Below, piece by piece: positions 19,268 through 28,789 of a stretch of DNA of 51,284 nucleotides. Position numbers and translations under genes: made by a program. Within the stretch, counting starts at the first letter, position 1, and each line of letters starts with the position of its first letter. Source of the stretch: Oligoflexales bacterium (GTDB lineage Bacteria > Bdellovibrionota_B > Oligoflexia > Oligoflexales > Bog-1112); NCBI GenBank assembly GCA_045106415.1, contig JBGCEP010000033.1, positions 1-51,284 on the forward strand, read 5' to 3'. Under the pieces are notes generated by a model. The model was given only the letters and a program-made list of their open reading frames with translations, was not told the origin of the DNA and searched no databases.

Positions 19268-20218
19268 ATGTGTCATTTCTTTAAGACACAACACTGTCTT
19301 GTTGTTATAGGGATTTTTTCGTTATTTTCATGCCTTCCCAAAAACCCAAAAAAGGATGAAAAGCGACTTCAACCCAAGGACCTTGCTTTAAACTCTGCGG
19401 AAAGCGATATTCTAGATCCTTTAAACAAGAGTCTTATCGAAGAAAAATCGATAAATCTCACAGACGATCAACCTGCTGAAATAGAGACTTCTTTTCCAGA
19501 AGAAGAGGAAGTTATTGGAAATCCTTCCACTGACTTACCTGAACATCTCAAAGGAGAAAGCGCAGAACCTCAGGAAGTCACCATAACGTTACCTGAGCTT
19601 TATAAACAATCTAACCTTGTGGTGCGTGGAAAAACTCAAAAAATAGATTACCGAGTCTCAACACCGAATTCAGATGGCTTCCGGGCTCCTCTCACGTTTG
19701 TAAATGTAAAAATTCAAGATGTTTTCAAAGGCCGTTTTAGCGGAAGAGAAATCACTTTAAAATTTGTAGGTGGGCCTGTCGGGACGGTTTTCTCAACATC
19801 AGAGCAAACTCCTCTATTTAATTTGAATGATGAGGATATTCTTTTCATTAACGGAAATGGTGAATTCTACACCCCTGTTTCTCATGTCGGTCGTGTCCGT
19901 ATTATTGACGATAATGTTTTTAGTGAACTAGGGACTCTTGTTCCTTCGATACAAGATGGTGAATTTCTACCTGAGGAAAAAGTAGGAAACAATGGAGTTA
20001 CGACTAAAAAAGTTCACGATATGATTATTGAAATCGTTAAAAGTGAATCTATTGGAGAAAATGGCAACCCTATCCAGCGAACGTCAAAAGACATCACTGC
20101 TGTAGAATATGAAAAATTTCTTAAAAATCTCCAGAGTTCTTCAAGCCTTCAACTTACAGATACTGAAATTGAGGTAAGCCTGAACCCAAATAAAGATTTA
20201 AATGTCCCATCATTTTAA
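19268..20218 (+). CDS. Lipoprotein with a TIMP/NTR-like OB-fold region
   Basis: Lipobox SLFSC, acidic linker, LPELYKQSNLVVRGK...VNVKIQDVFKG...ITLKFVGG. Confidence 0.6.
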   Translation: MCHFFKTQHCLVVIGIFSLFSCLPKNPKKDEKRLQPKDLALNSAESDILDPLNKSLIEEKSINLTDDQPAEIETSFPEEEEVIGNPSTDLPEHLKGESAEPQEVTITLPELYKQSNLVVRGKTQKIDYRVSTPNSDGFRAPLTFVNVKIQDVFKGRFSGREITLKFVGGPVGTVFSTSEQTPLFNLNDEDILFINGNGEFYTPVSHVGRVRIIDDNVFSELGTLVPSIQDGEFLPEEKVGNNGVTTKKVHDMIIEIVKSESIGENGNPIQRTSKDITAVEYEKFLKNLQSSSSLQLTDTEIEVSLNPNKDLNVPSF

Positions 20219-20235
20219 AAAATAAAGGTTTTTTT

Positions 20236-21426
20236 ATGTACCTAATACGAAATTTTTTATTCATTCTTATATCTCAAATCAGTGTGAATGCTTACAGTTA
20301 TCAAATCCTTCAATACAGTGGTTGTGGTGGATCAAGAGGAAGAAATAGCTCAACAGCAGAAAAACGTGCTTGCTGTTCTAAAGCACGTATTAAATGGCCA
20401 AACGGTCGCTTAAAAATAGGAAGAGACAGTCTTTCTTTTGCTAAAAACACTCCCTATACAAACGAATTTATAAAAGCATGGAGCCGTTGGAATGGAACTC
20501 CTGCCAAGATACAAATTTCAACTTTTGGCTCTGACAATTTAAAAGCAAATCTCTACAACGGTCGGAATGAAGTTTGGTTTCAAGATGGAAATAAAACTTC
20601 TCGCCTCTCAAAAAATGCCTTAGGTGTCATGTATGCTGATTTCAATTATCTTACTTGTACAGTCAGGGAAACCGATATCATCTTTAACAGTGCCTATAAA
20701 TTCGCTCTGGAATCTGATTCTGCAATTTTTCACAGAAGTCTATCTTTAAAAGGCCAAGCAGCAACACAATATCATTCATTTATGGCAACAGCTCTCCATG
20801 AACTAGGCCATGCCTTAGGTCTTGCTCATGAAGCAGAAACTTACAGTACAATGGGTGTTGGACCTTCAGGAACACGTAATGGAAATAAAGTTTATATTGG
20901 TCCTGGAGAAGACTCTATCAGCGGTGCTGTTTCTATCTATGGGGTTGATCCAAAAAGCTCTGAGGACTTATCTGTTTCAAATTTTGTTTATCAAGGTGTT
21001 TTTAAAGCCTTAGGCCAAGACCCTTATGGTATAAATAAAAGAAGCCACATTCTTGATAAAAATCAAAAATCACTTCCTATGCTAAGACGAGATAATATAG
21101 ATACTTTCGAGCTAAAAAGGAATACTGAATATAAAGTTCAAGTCACAGCAGAACAAAATAGTGTTAAAAAAACATTGAAGAAAATAAAATTTGGAATCTT
21201 TCTTTCAAAGAACAACATTATTTCTACAAAAGATAAACTCATTGCTGAATCTCTAACTGGCACATTAAGTCGAGATCAATCTTTCAAGAAAACAATCGGA
21301 TTCCGAATTCCCTCCTCTACAAAACCAGGCCGTTATCATTTAGGGGTTTTTATTAATTTTGATCGAAAATTTTCTGAGAAAACATATGCAAACAATGTTA
21401 CTTTCTATAGTATTGACGTCATCTAG
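20236..21426 (+). CDS. Secreted matrixin-like (M10) metalloprotease with C-terminal CARDB/Ig-like domain
   Basis: Signal peptide; ETDIIFN; ALHELGHALGLAH; STMG Met-turn; PGRYHLGVFIN...EKTYANN. Confidence 0.85.
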   Translation: MYLIRNFLFILISQISVNAYSYQILQYSGCGGSRGRNSSTAEKRACCSKARIKWPNGRLKIGRDSLSFAKNTPYTNEFIKAWSRWNGTPAKIQISTFGSDNLKANLYNGRNEVWFQDGNKTSRLSKNALGVMYADFNYLTCTVRETDIIFNSAYKFALESDSAIFHRSLSLKGQAATQYHSFMATALHELGHALGLAHEAETYSTMGVGPSGTRNGNKVYIGPGEDSISGAVSIYGVDPKSSEDLSVSNFVYQGVFKALGQDPYGINKRSHILDKNQKSLPMLRRDNIDTFELKRNTEYKVQVTAEQNSVKKTLKKIKFGIFLSKNNIISTKDKLIAESLTGTLSRDQSFKKTIGFRIPSSTKPGRYHLGVFINFDRKFSEKTYANNVTFYSIDVI

Positions 21427-22087
21427 ACGTCAATATATCAGCTCTTTTTTCTTTCTGTCTTTCATATCCATTTTAATTCCTAATAAGACAGAAGCCACTT
21501 CTCAACAACTTGCCCTTGGAAGTTCTTATGGTTTTTTTTGGATCCCTGTCCTAGAGGTCATTCGATCTTTAGGAAAAGACTACCATTATTTCGATGTCAC
21601 AATGCAAGGCTCTACTATACAAAAAAGTCCTGATAAATTTGTATTAAGGTCTTCTAACGGGCAAAGCCTTAATCCCTCAGATATTAAAAACTATGAACAT
21701 AGAAAAATTCCAAATATCAAGGATTTGAAAACAGAAAGAATGGAAAGGCATGGATATCACAATAAAAAAGAATCTCACCTTCATTGGAAGAATATCTTAA
21801 ACATAAAAAATCCTGCGGACTATTGGAAAAAATACCAAGGTAGTCGGCAAAGTTTTATTGATTTTTTCTGTATTAAAGGAGATAAAATCACATTTTTATT
21901 TCGATTTCATCATGATAAGAAAAAAACTATCACAAAGAAAATATCAACTAGATGTAAACCTTTTCAACCTAGCCGTCCAAATCAAGATCCAGCCTCCTTT
22001 TCTGTTTTTAAATTCAAAAAATTGAATCAAAAAATTGAAATTACAATAGTCCCGATATTTCTCCATCCGACTCTTAAAGAAGGTTAG
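21359..22087 (+). CDS. Hypothetical exported protein, possible Tat signal (true start likely 21395-21413)
   Basis: SSRRQYISSFFFLSFISILIPNKTEA. Confidence 0.55.
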   Translation: MIENFLRKHMQTMLLSIVLTSSRRQYISSFFFLSFISILIPNKTEATSQQLALGSSYGFFWIPVLEVIRSLGKDYHYFDVTMQGSTIQKSPDKFVLRSSNGQSLNPSDIKNYEHRKIPNIKDLKTERMERHGYHNKKESHLHWKNILNIKNPADYWKKYQGSRQSFIDFFCIKGDKITFLFRFHHDKKKTITKKISTRCKPFQPSRPNQDPASFSVFKFKKLNQKIEITIVPIFLHPTLKEG

Positions 22088-22093
22088 TTATGT

Positions 22094-23173
22094 TTATTTG
22101 GTTATGGTTCTATCTATAGTATTCATTTCCTTTTCAATTAATTGGGTAGCGTGTTTTAAGCTAAGATTTAATAAGCTTTTTTCATATTCTACTTTTTTCA
22201 TTTGTAAAGACTGTAGACAGGCTTGGACGACTTCAACGGGATTATGTTTATCGACAAGCATCACTCCGTCTTGGCAAACTTCAGGTATTGCACTACTTTT
22301 ATGTGCAATAATAGGTAATTTAAAGTGCATTGCTTCTACTAAAGGCACTCCAAAACCTTCATGATCACTGAGATATATCAGTGCTTTTGTGTGACGGTAG
22401 CAAGTTGCCAATTTTTTTTGCGAAACTCCTGATAAAAAAACAAGGTCATTGCTCAGATCATTTAAATCATCTCCATATTTTAGATTAAGATTTTCAATTA
22501 AAGGGGAAATCTTTTCTTGCATATAACTCTGCTTTTGCCCAGATCCAATCATTAAAAACCTTACATTTTTTAACGATTGGATCTGAGACAAAATTTTTTT
22601 TAAAAAAATAAGATCGTGAATCCCTTTATTCTGCACAATGCGTCCTACAAATAAAAATGTCGGCCGAAGTGTTAGGCTTTGAGCAAGAACATGCTCATCT
22701 TTTTGCGATAGTAAGCAGTGATAATCTCTTAAGACCGGAATGACTTGATAATCACTTTTATGAAGTTGTAAAGCACTATAAAAAGAGGCAGGCCAAAATT
22801 TCAATGAGAAAAACTCAAGAATATTTAATTGGCCATAACCTAAAACACAACTTTGTTCTGTTTGTGTTGTTTTTTCAAAAAACCACGGCGGTGTAATATT
22901 ATGGAAACGACAAATCATTTTTTGTTTAAACTTAAGTGCTTGATAAAAAGCATTTGAACCAATGGAGTGATGATATACCACTAAGCTTTTCTTATTCACT
23001 TCATGATAATCATCAAGACTACGCACATCATCGGTACCAAAACCTGATTGAGCGTAAATCTCTCCATGAAAACCTAAACTTTTAAAAATCGACCGTAAAA
23101 TTTTTGTTTCTTGACCAATAGCGTCATAAGAAGCATAGCTTGGTAGAATTTGATGCACGTCCATAATTCTCAT
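22094..23173 (-). CDS. Glycosyltransferase family 4
   Basis: YDAIG, YHHSIGS, HNITP, FVGRIVQNKG, SDHEGFGVPLVEAM. Confidence 0.92.
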   Translation of the reverse strand: MRIMDVHQILPSYASYDAIGQETKILRSIFKSLGFHGEIYAQSGFGTDDVRSLDDYHEVNKKSLVVYHHSIGSNAFYQALKFKQKMICRFHNITPPWFFEKTTQTEQSCVLGYGQLNILEFFSLKFWPASFYSALQLHKSDYQVIPVLRDYHCLLSQKDEHVLAQSLTLRPTFLFVGRIVQNKGIHDLIFLKKILSQIQSLKNVRFLMIGSGQKQSYMQEKISPLIENLNLKYGDDLNDLSNDLVFLSGVSQKKLATCYRHTKALIYLSDHEGFGVPLVEAMHFKLPIIAHKSSAIPEVCQDGVMLVDKHNPVEVVQACLQSLQMKKVEYEKSLLNLSLKHATQLIEKEMNTIDRTITK

Positions 23174-23257
23174 TCTTATTAGATATAAAATATATTCTCA
23201 CCATAAAGATAAACATAACGACTATACTACATATCAACAACCCACAAAGAGGCTATT

Positions 23258-24004
23258 GTGTTCAAAGTCTATCCTCTCATTTTTTCATTACTCATGTTTT
23301 CTGTGTCAGCATCTCCTAATACTCTAACAGTACCTTCGTATGAGAAAACCAAAAAAAATCTTAAAAATTATGTTTATACAAAATACAAGCAAACATTTTA
23401 TTGCCAGTGCAAATTTGAAGCCCAGCATATGAAAATCACTAAACCTTTAAATTGTGCACAAGGTTTATTAAAGCATAATGAACAAGAAACTCAGTTTGAA
23501 AAAACTGAAGTTAACTGGGAACACATTGTACCTGTCTCAAGATTTCAACCAAAGACATATTCAAAAGAAGCACATATAAAATCAATCGAAATTTCACTGC
23601 GTTTTTCACATAAGACATCATTATTTAATCTCATGAAAAGTGATCCTCATAATATTGTCCCAGCACACGCACAAACCAATTTAAAACGAGGTCGTAAAAA
23701 ACTTCTTCCCATCAATAACCACAAGAAAAATGATTCTTTATGCGGTTTAAAAATTTCATCTTTTGAAAAAAAAGCAGAACCAAACCTCTCGATAAGAGGG
23801 TGGATTGCACGAGCACATCTTTATATGAGCGCAGCTTACCCAGAGGTCATCCAATTAACCTCTGAAGAAAAACAAACCTATCAGAACTGGCATCATGCTC
23901 ACCCTCCAGGCCCTCAAGAGATTTCCGCTATCAAAAAAAGTGAGCAAATTTGGTCACACACATCAAAACATGTTTCTTATTTTTCGCCATTTTTTTTCCT
24001 ATAG
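23258..24004 (+). CDS. Endonuclease I (EndA/Vvn-like) periplasmic or secreted nuclease
   Basis: Signal peptide; TFYCQC, NWEHIVP, DPHNIVPA...N..R, AEP...RGWIARAHLYM. Confidence 0.88.
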   Translation: MFKVYPLIFSLLMFSVSASPNTLTVPSYEKTKKNLKNYVYTKYKQTFYCQCKFEAQHMKITKPLNCAQGLLKHNEQETQFEKTEVNWEHIVPVSRFQPKTYSKEAHIKSIEISLRFSHKTSLFNLMKSDPHNIVPAHAQTNLKRGRKKLLPINNHKKNDSLCGLKISSFEKKAEPNLSIRGWIARAHLYMSAAYPEVIQLTSEEKQTYQNWHHAHPPGPQEISAIKKSEQIWSHTSKHVSYFSPFFFL

Positions 24005-24151
24005 TCGCTCATATCATCACGCTAAATCCTCTTAATTGAACAAATCTTTTCTCTATAAGAAAAAAATCTTATCTTAATTTTTATTCTGCACTTATGTTTC
24101 TCTTATATTTCAATGTTATGATTACTTCAAATTTTCTTCAAGGAGGTTTCT

Positions 24152-24652
24152 ATGAAAATTTTAGCAACAGTTCTTTCATGTCTTATTTCTTTTTCAGCAA
24201 TGGGTTTCCAAACAGGTCAAATGGCAGGACATGGTTATTACAAAAGCATTGATGGTGACAACAGTCACTATGATGTAGCAAAAACCGTCGCACGTAATGA
24301 TGACGGCACGATGACCATTGATACGACCATCACAATGAATGGTGAAAATCATGCATGGTCAATGATTATTGAACCTGAAACAGATGGATTTTTCGCTATC
24401 TGGAGTAAAGACGAAAATGGAGAGCTTATTAAAAATGGTGATGGTGCTTGCTTTAAAAAATCCTATCATCTAGATGATGAAGCTGAAGTACAAAACCAAC
24501 ATCATAAGAAAATTTGTACTTACACAGTACACAAAGGCACAGCTCACATCAGCGTCACTCTTAAAATGGGTGAGCACGGTACACATGCTATCGGAAAAAT
24601 GGAGAATGGCGACAGCCGCATCACATGGAAAGAGCATCTTCATCGCAGTTGA
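24152..24652 (+). CDS. Hypothetical secreted beta-rich protein
   Basis: AAGGAGG RBS; signal peptide; followed by a terminator. Confidence 0.8.
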   Translation: MKILATVLSCLISFSAMGFQTGQMAGHGYYKSIDGDNSHYDVAKTVARNDDGTMTIDTTITMNGENHAWSMIIEPETDGFFAIWSKDENGELIKNGDGACFKKSYHLDDEAEVQNQHHKKICTYTVHKGTAHISVTLKMGEHGTHAIGKMENGDSRITWKEHLHRS

Positions 24653-24659
24653 TGAAAAT

Positions 24660-24694
24660 AAAAAGAGGGCTTAGAAAACTAAAGCCCTCTTTTT
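24660..24694. terminator. Bidirectional rho-independent terminator
   Basis: AAAAAGAGGGCTT...AAGCCCTCTTTTT between convergent genes. Confidence 0.85.
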
Positions 24695-24974
24695 ATACAA
24701 GAAAAGTCGATATTTTTTTTGCTAGTTCAAAGTCTTTATCTGTGATTCCCTGTGCATCGTGAGTTATTAAATCAACAACAACTCTATTGTATACATTACT
24801 CCACTCTGGGTGATGGCATGCTTTTTCCGCTTCTAAAGCCACTTTCGTCATAAAGCCAAAAGCACTTACAAAATCGTGAAACACATGATCTAGGTGAAGT
24901 TTGCCATTTCTAACACTCCAACTCGATAGCTCTGCTATTTTTTTCTCTAGTTCTAGATCTTCGTAAGTTTTCAT
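24693..24974 (-). CDS. phhB: Pterin-4-alpha-carbinolamine dehydratase
   Basis: [45 protein letters not shown]. Confidence 0.93.
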   Translation of the reverse strand: MKTYEDLELEKKIAELSSWSVRNGKLHLDHVFHDFVSAFGFMTKVALEAEKACHHPEWSNVYNRVVVDLITHDAQGITDKDFELAKKISTFLV

Positions 24975-26928
24975 TTTTTGCCTCTTGTTGAGATGTCATA
25001 AAAGCGTTCCACCGCTGAAGCGTTCGAGTCCATGAATCCAACATAACACGCGTTTCTTCTTCAGAAATAAGAAGAGGGGGAACAAGATAAACAGTATTTC
25101 CAAGGGGACGTAAGAGAAGACCCTCTTCAATTGCTAATTGGTGAAAAATATTCGCACTACCATCAAAATAGCTTCTTGTCTGTGAATAAGGTAACTCAAC
25201 GGCCAGGATACTCCCGAGCACTCTTAAATTCCGTACTGAAAGCTCTTGAGCATAAACTTGTGCCCATGACTGGTAAGCTTTCTCAAGTTTCATTGATTTT
25301 TCTGAAAAATCAAACTTTTCGTAAAGTTTTAAAACGCTAATTGCTATTTCACAACCAATCGGATTTCCTGCAAAAGTGTGACCATGCAATAAGGCTTTAT
25401 GAGAGTCATCAGAAATAAAATTCTCAAAAACTTCTTCTGTCGCTAGCGTCGCAGCAAAGGGTATACTTCCTCCTGTAAGCCCTTTCGCTAAACAAACAAT
25501 ATCAGGATCAATCCCTGCTCTCTGACAAGCAAGAAACTTTCCTGTTCGACCAAGTCCTGTAAAAACTTCATCAGCCACAAGATAAACACCGTATTCTTTG
25601 CATAATGTCGCCAGTTGGCGTAGCCATTCTTCATCTTGAAGAAGCATTCCCCCAGCCCCTTGCATGAGAGGCTCAATAACCACTGCTGAAAGTTCATCTC
25701 CATGTTCCTGGAACCAGCTGTTGAGTTCATCAACCTTACTCCCTCCAGCATGCTTTAACAGGGGATGTAAGGTCAGGGTTTTAAACAACAAGGACTCAAA
25801 AGCATCATGAAAACCGCTTCCACCTAAAGCCATTGCTCCAAAAGTATCCCCATGATATCCACTATGAAGTTTTGCTATTTTTGTGCGATGAGCCTGGCCG
25901 CGGTTCCTATGGCTCTGCCACGCCATTTTCAGACCCACTTCCACTGCTGTTGAACCGTTATCTGAATAAAAAACTTTCGATAACTTTGGCGTAAACTTCA
26001 AGAGTCTATGAGCACACTCTACTGCTGGTCTATGCGTGGTTCCTGCAAAAATAACATGATCGAGATCTCTTTGCTGGCGAAACATCGCTTCTCGAACTTC
26101 GACTCGTCCATGTCCTAAATTATGCACCCACCAGCTAGACTGACAATCTAAAAGTTTTTTTCCATCTGAGAGCTCAACAAAAACACCTTGTGCCCGTTCC
26201 ACAATGACAGGATCTGGTGCTGTCTTATGTTGAGTAAAAGGGTGCCAAATATGTCGAGAATCTAGATCTTTTAAGTCGTGATCACTAAAATCTGGTGTCT
26301 TCTTAAACAAGCGTTCCACTTCGCCTACTAGTTTTTTACATGCATCCTGCCACAAAGGATTTTTAGCAGCCTTAGGCATTTCTGGGAACTCTATCAATGG
26401 TATTTCTAACATCTCAGTAAGAGTTGCTGTATTCTCGTGATGATCTCCGGATAAAATCACACCTCGCAAATCAACACCCTCTGCCTGTAAAGCCTTAACA
26501 GTTAGGCAGGTATGATTGATAGTGCCTAAACGATTTCTTGCGACCACAAAAACAGGGAGCCTATGGTAACGAGCAAATTCCACCCAAGTTTCATTTGAAA
26601 AATTCACTGGGACGTAGATCCCACCAGCACCTTCAACTACAAGATGATTGTAATCAGGTGGTTGAAGCTCTTCAATGGAAGGTAACACTCGCTTCTCTCG
26701 TTGCGCGGCATGAGTTGGAGCCACTGCGTCTGAAAGACACAATCCTGGTATCACTAAACAACCAGGTGCATTCTCTTTGACAAAGTTTGCGTCTAGATGC
26801 TCTCCACCTGTTTGCAAAGGCTTATGATAAAAAGCCTCACCTTTCGTTTGAAACATTCCATGGCAAAGAGCTGCGCATATCTGGGTTTTGCCGATATCTG
26901 TATCTGTCCCAAGGATTAAGACTCTCAT
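24910..26928 (-). CDS. bioDA: Fused dethiobiotin synthetase / DAPA aminotransferase (BioD-BioA)
   Basis: N-terminal [29 protein letters not shown]-terminal [58 protein letters not shown]. Confidence 0.93.
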   Translation of the reverse strand: MRVLILGTDTDIGKTQICAALCHGMFQTKGEAFYHKPLQTGGEHLDANFVKENAPGCLVIPGLCLSDAVAPTHAAQREKRVLPSIEELQPPDYNHLVVEGAGGIYVPVNFSNETWVEFARYHRLPVFVVARNRLGTINHTCLTVKALQAEGVDLRGVILSGDHHENTATLTEMLEIPLIEFPEMPKAAKNPLWQDACKKLVGEVERLFKKTPDFSDHDLKDLDSRHIWHPFTQHKTAPDPVIVERAQGVFVELSDGKKLLDCQSSWWVHNLGHGRVEVREAMFRQQRDLDHVIFAGTTHRPAVECAHRLLKFTPKLSKVFYSDNGSTAVEVGLKMAWQSHRNRGQAHRTKIAKLHSGYHGDTFGAMALGGSGFHDAFESLLFKTLTLHPLLKHAGGSKVDELNSWFQEHGDELSAVVIEPLMQGAGGMLLQDEEWLRQLATLCKEYGVYLVADEVFTGLGRTGKFLACQRAGIDPDIVCLAKGLTGGSIPFAATLATEEVFENFISDDSHKALLHGHTFAGNPIGCEIAISVLKLYEKFDFSEKSMKLEKAYQSWAQVYAQELSVRNLRVLGSILAVELPYSQTRSYFDGSANIFHQLAIEEGLLLRPLGNTVYLVPPLLISEEETRVMLDSWTRTLQRWNAFMTSQQEAKNENLRRSRTREKNSRAIELEC

Positions 26929-27079
26929 CTATATGTCCTCTCATATTTGTGAATAAAACAAAAAAACCCTAATGTTTTCACAAAAAAAGAGCAAGACTTT
27001 GATCGGAGAATTCTCACTCGGATGAAAAAATTTTTGTAAAAAAATAAAGGTTTACGACCTAGAAAACAGGCCACAAATA

Positions 27080-28690
27080 TTAATGATTACATGGTTCGTA
27101 CAGCCACTTCTCTAATTCTGGAGCCACCTTCTCAACTTGTGGTTCAATTACTTTTTCATAAAGTATGTCAACACACTGCCTATAAGTCTGTGTACCAGGC
27201 AAAGAGCTATGACGAGCAGCCTCCAAAAGAGAAGAGCCCACTTTATTCAAACGATCGAGCACAAATTTTAGCTCCAGGTCTCTTGAAAGATTCAAATCTT
27301 CCTGTTCTTTTTGAACCTCTGGGTGACGCTCGAGTTCTTCTAAAATGTGATGAATATCTGGTCGCTCATCTGGGTTTAAGCAAAAACATCCTTCTAAAAG
27401 ATCGATTTCATCTGAAAACCCTTCGGAGTAACAACCACAGTCATCTATGAACTTAGCTAATTTCTGTTTTCGATATTGATGAATATCTTTTGGCTTTGCA
27501 GGAGGAGTATCCATAGGAACGGAAAGTTTATGAGGGTGAAAAATTCTTTTCCATGCTTTCGCAATGCTACGGCCAAAGTGAGCTGTTTTTTTGACTAATG
27601 ATTCACTATTTTCTTCCTGGTGCCAAAATTGATGAGAAGATTGTGCAAAATGTAAGAAATATGTTGGATCTCTAAATTTTAACTTCGTGAGAGAGACCTC
27701 TCGATTTAACTCTAGGCGCTGCATCCAAGAACGAAGGTGTGTTTCGTCTAAGTTAAACCCATCATGTAAAACTTCATCAAGCTCTAAAAGGAGGGACTCC
27801 ATCTGTGGTGTTAACTCTTCAGGAAAACCAAGCTTTAAAATCGCCTCTAGAGTTTTTAACGTCGAAGCACTCGCATCACCTGTCATGTTCATAATCGTGC
27901 GCCTTGTAATCAATTCCATCAAGGTACATCCCACCGACCAAACATCTGCAGATTTTGTATAGAAACCCTCAAGTAAAATCTCTGGAGGCCTGTAAAACCT
28001 AGTCACAATGAGATGTTCTGGTCCGTGCCGGCGACCTACTTGAAAATCTTGGTCAACACTTCCCAAATCAGCAATAACACAATATGGGGGCTGCATATTT
28101 GTATTTACAAGAATATTTTCGGGCTTAATATCAAGATGCATGAGGCCGTGACTATGAAGAACATCAATGCCTTTTAAAATCTGGTAAGCCATACTTTTTC
28201 TTATAGGTGCTGGAATCGGCTCCAAAGACCCTCTAGGGTGATATGCAGAGGGTTTTGCCTTTTTTTCGTCAAAGTTTTGAAGGTACTCAAATAAATCATC
28301 AGAAAACTTGGGCATCACAAGGTAGTGTTCTTTTCTTCTTACGCTCGGGTCATCCGAAGTGTAAAGAAGCCCAGAAAGAACATAACGACTTTTAAGAGTT
28401 GATAAAAGAAGAGCTTCGCGCGCTGTACTCATCATCGCTTCATAACTCAAAGTATGTTTCATCATATCAATTTTCTTCACAGCAAACTCTTTGCCTGAAG
28501 GGCACTTCATTGAAAAGACAACCCCGTAGCTACCTTCATTGAGATAATCAACGACTTCACAGCCTTTAGGCACATGGACCGTACGTGAATGCCCACTTCT
28601 CATCACGGGAAGAACCCGAACCTCTGTCTCTAACGCTACTGCGAAATGAGAGATCAACATGGTTACCAAAACCACAAAACACTGCTGCAT
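27080..28690 (-). CDS. Hanks-type Ser/Thr protein kinase with N-terminal signal peptide
   Basis: EGSYGVV, AVKK, HLDIKPENIL, ADLG, VTRFYRPPE, DVWSVGC; start at MQQCFVVLVTMLISHFAVA after GAGG (track start 28717). Confidence 0.88.
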   Translation of the reverse strand: MQQCFVVLVTMLISHFAVALETEVRVLPVMRSGHSRTVHVPKGCEVVDYLNEGSYGVVFSMKCPSGKEFAVKKIDMMKHTLSYEAMMSTAREALLLSTLKSRYVLSGLLYTSDDPSVRRKEHYLVMPKFSDDLFEYLQNFDEKKAKPSAYHPRGSLEPIPAPIRKSMAYQILKGIDVLHSHGLMHLDIKPENILVNTNMQPPYCVIADLGSVDQDFQVGRRHGPEHLIVTRFYRPPEILLEGFYTKSADVWSVGCTLMELITRRTIMNMTGDASASTLKTLEAILKLGFPEELTPQMESLLLELDEVLHDGFNLDETHLRSWMQRLELNREVSLTKLKFRDPTYFLHFAQSSHQFWHQEENSESLVKKTAHFGRSIAKAWKRIFHPHKLSVPMDTPPAKPKDIHQYRKQKLAKFIDDCGCYSEGFSDEIDLLEGCFCLNPDERPDIHHILEELERHPEVQKEQEDLNLSRDLELKFVLDRLNKVGSSLLEAARHSSLPGTQTYRQCVDILYEKVIEPQVEKVAPELEKWLYEPCNH

Positions 28691-28789
28691 ACAGACCTCA
28701 CGAGAATACAAACTCATGAAATCTATGAGTAAAATAAAAAGGAGTCAAGAAAACTCCTCTTTACACTTTAATTTCGAGACATTAACGGA

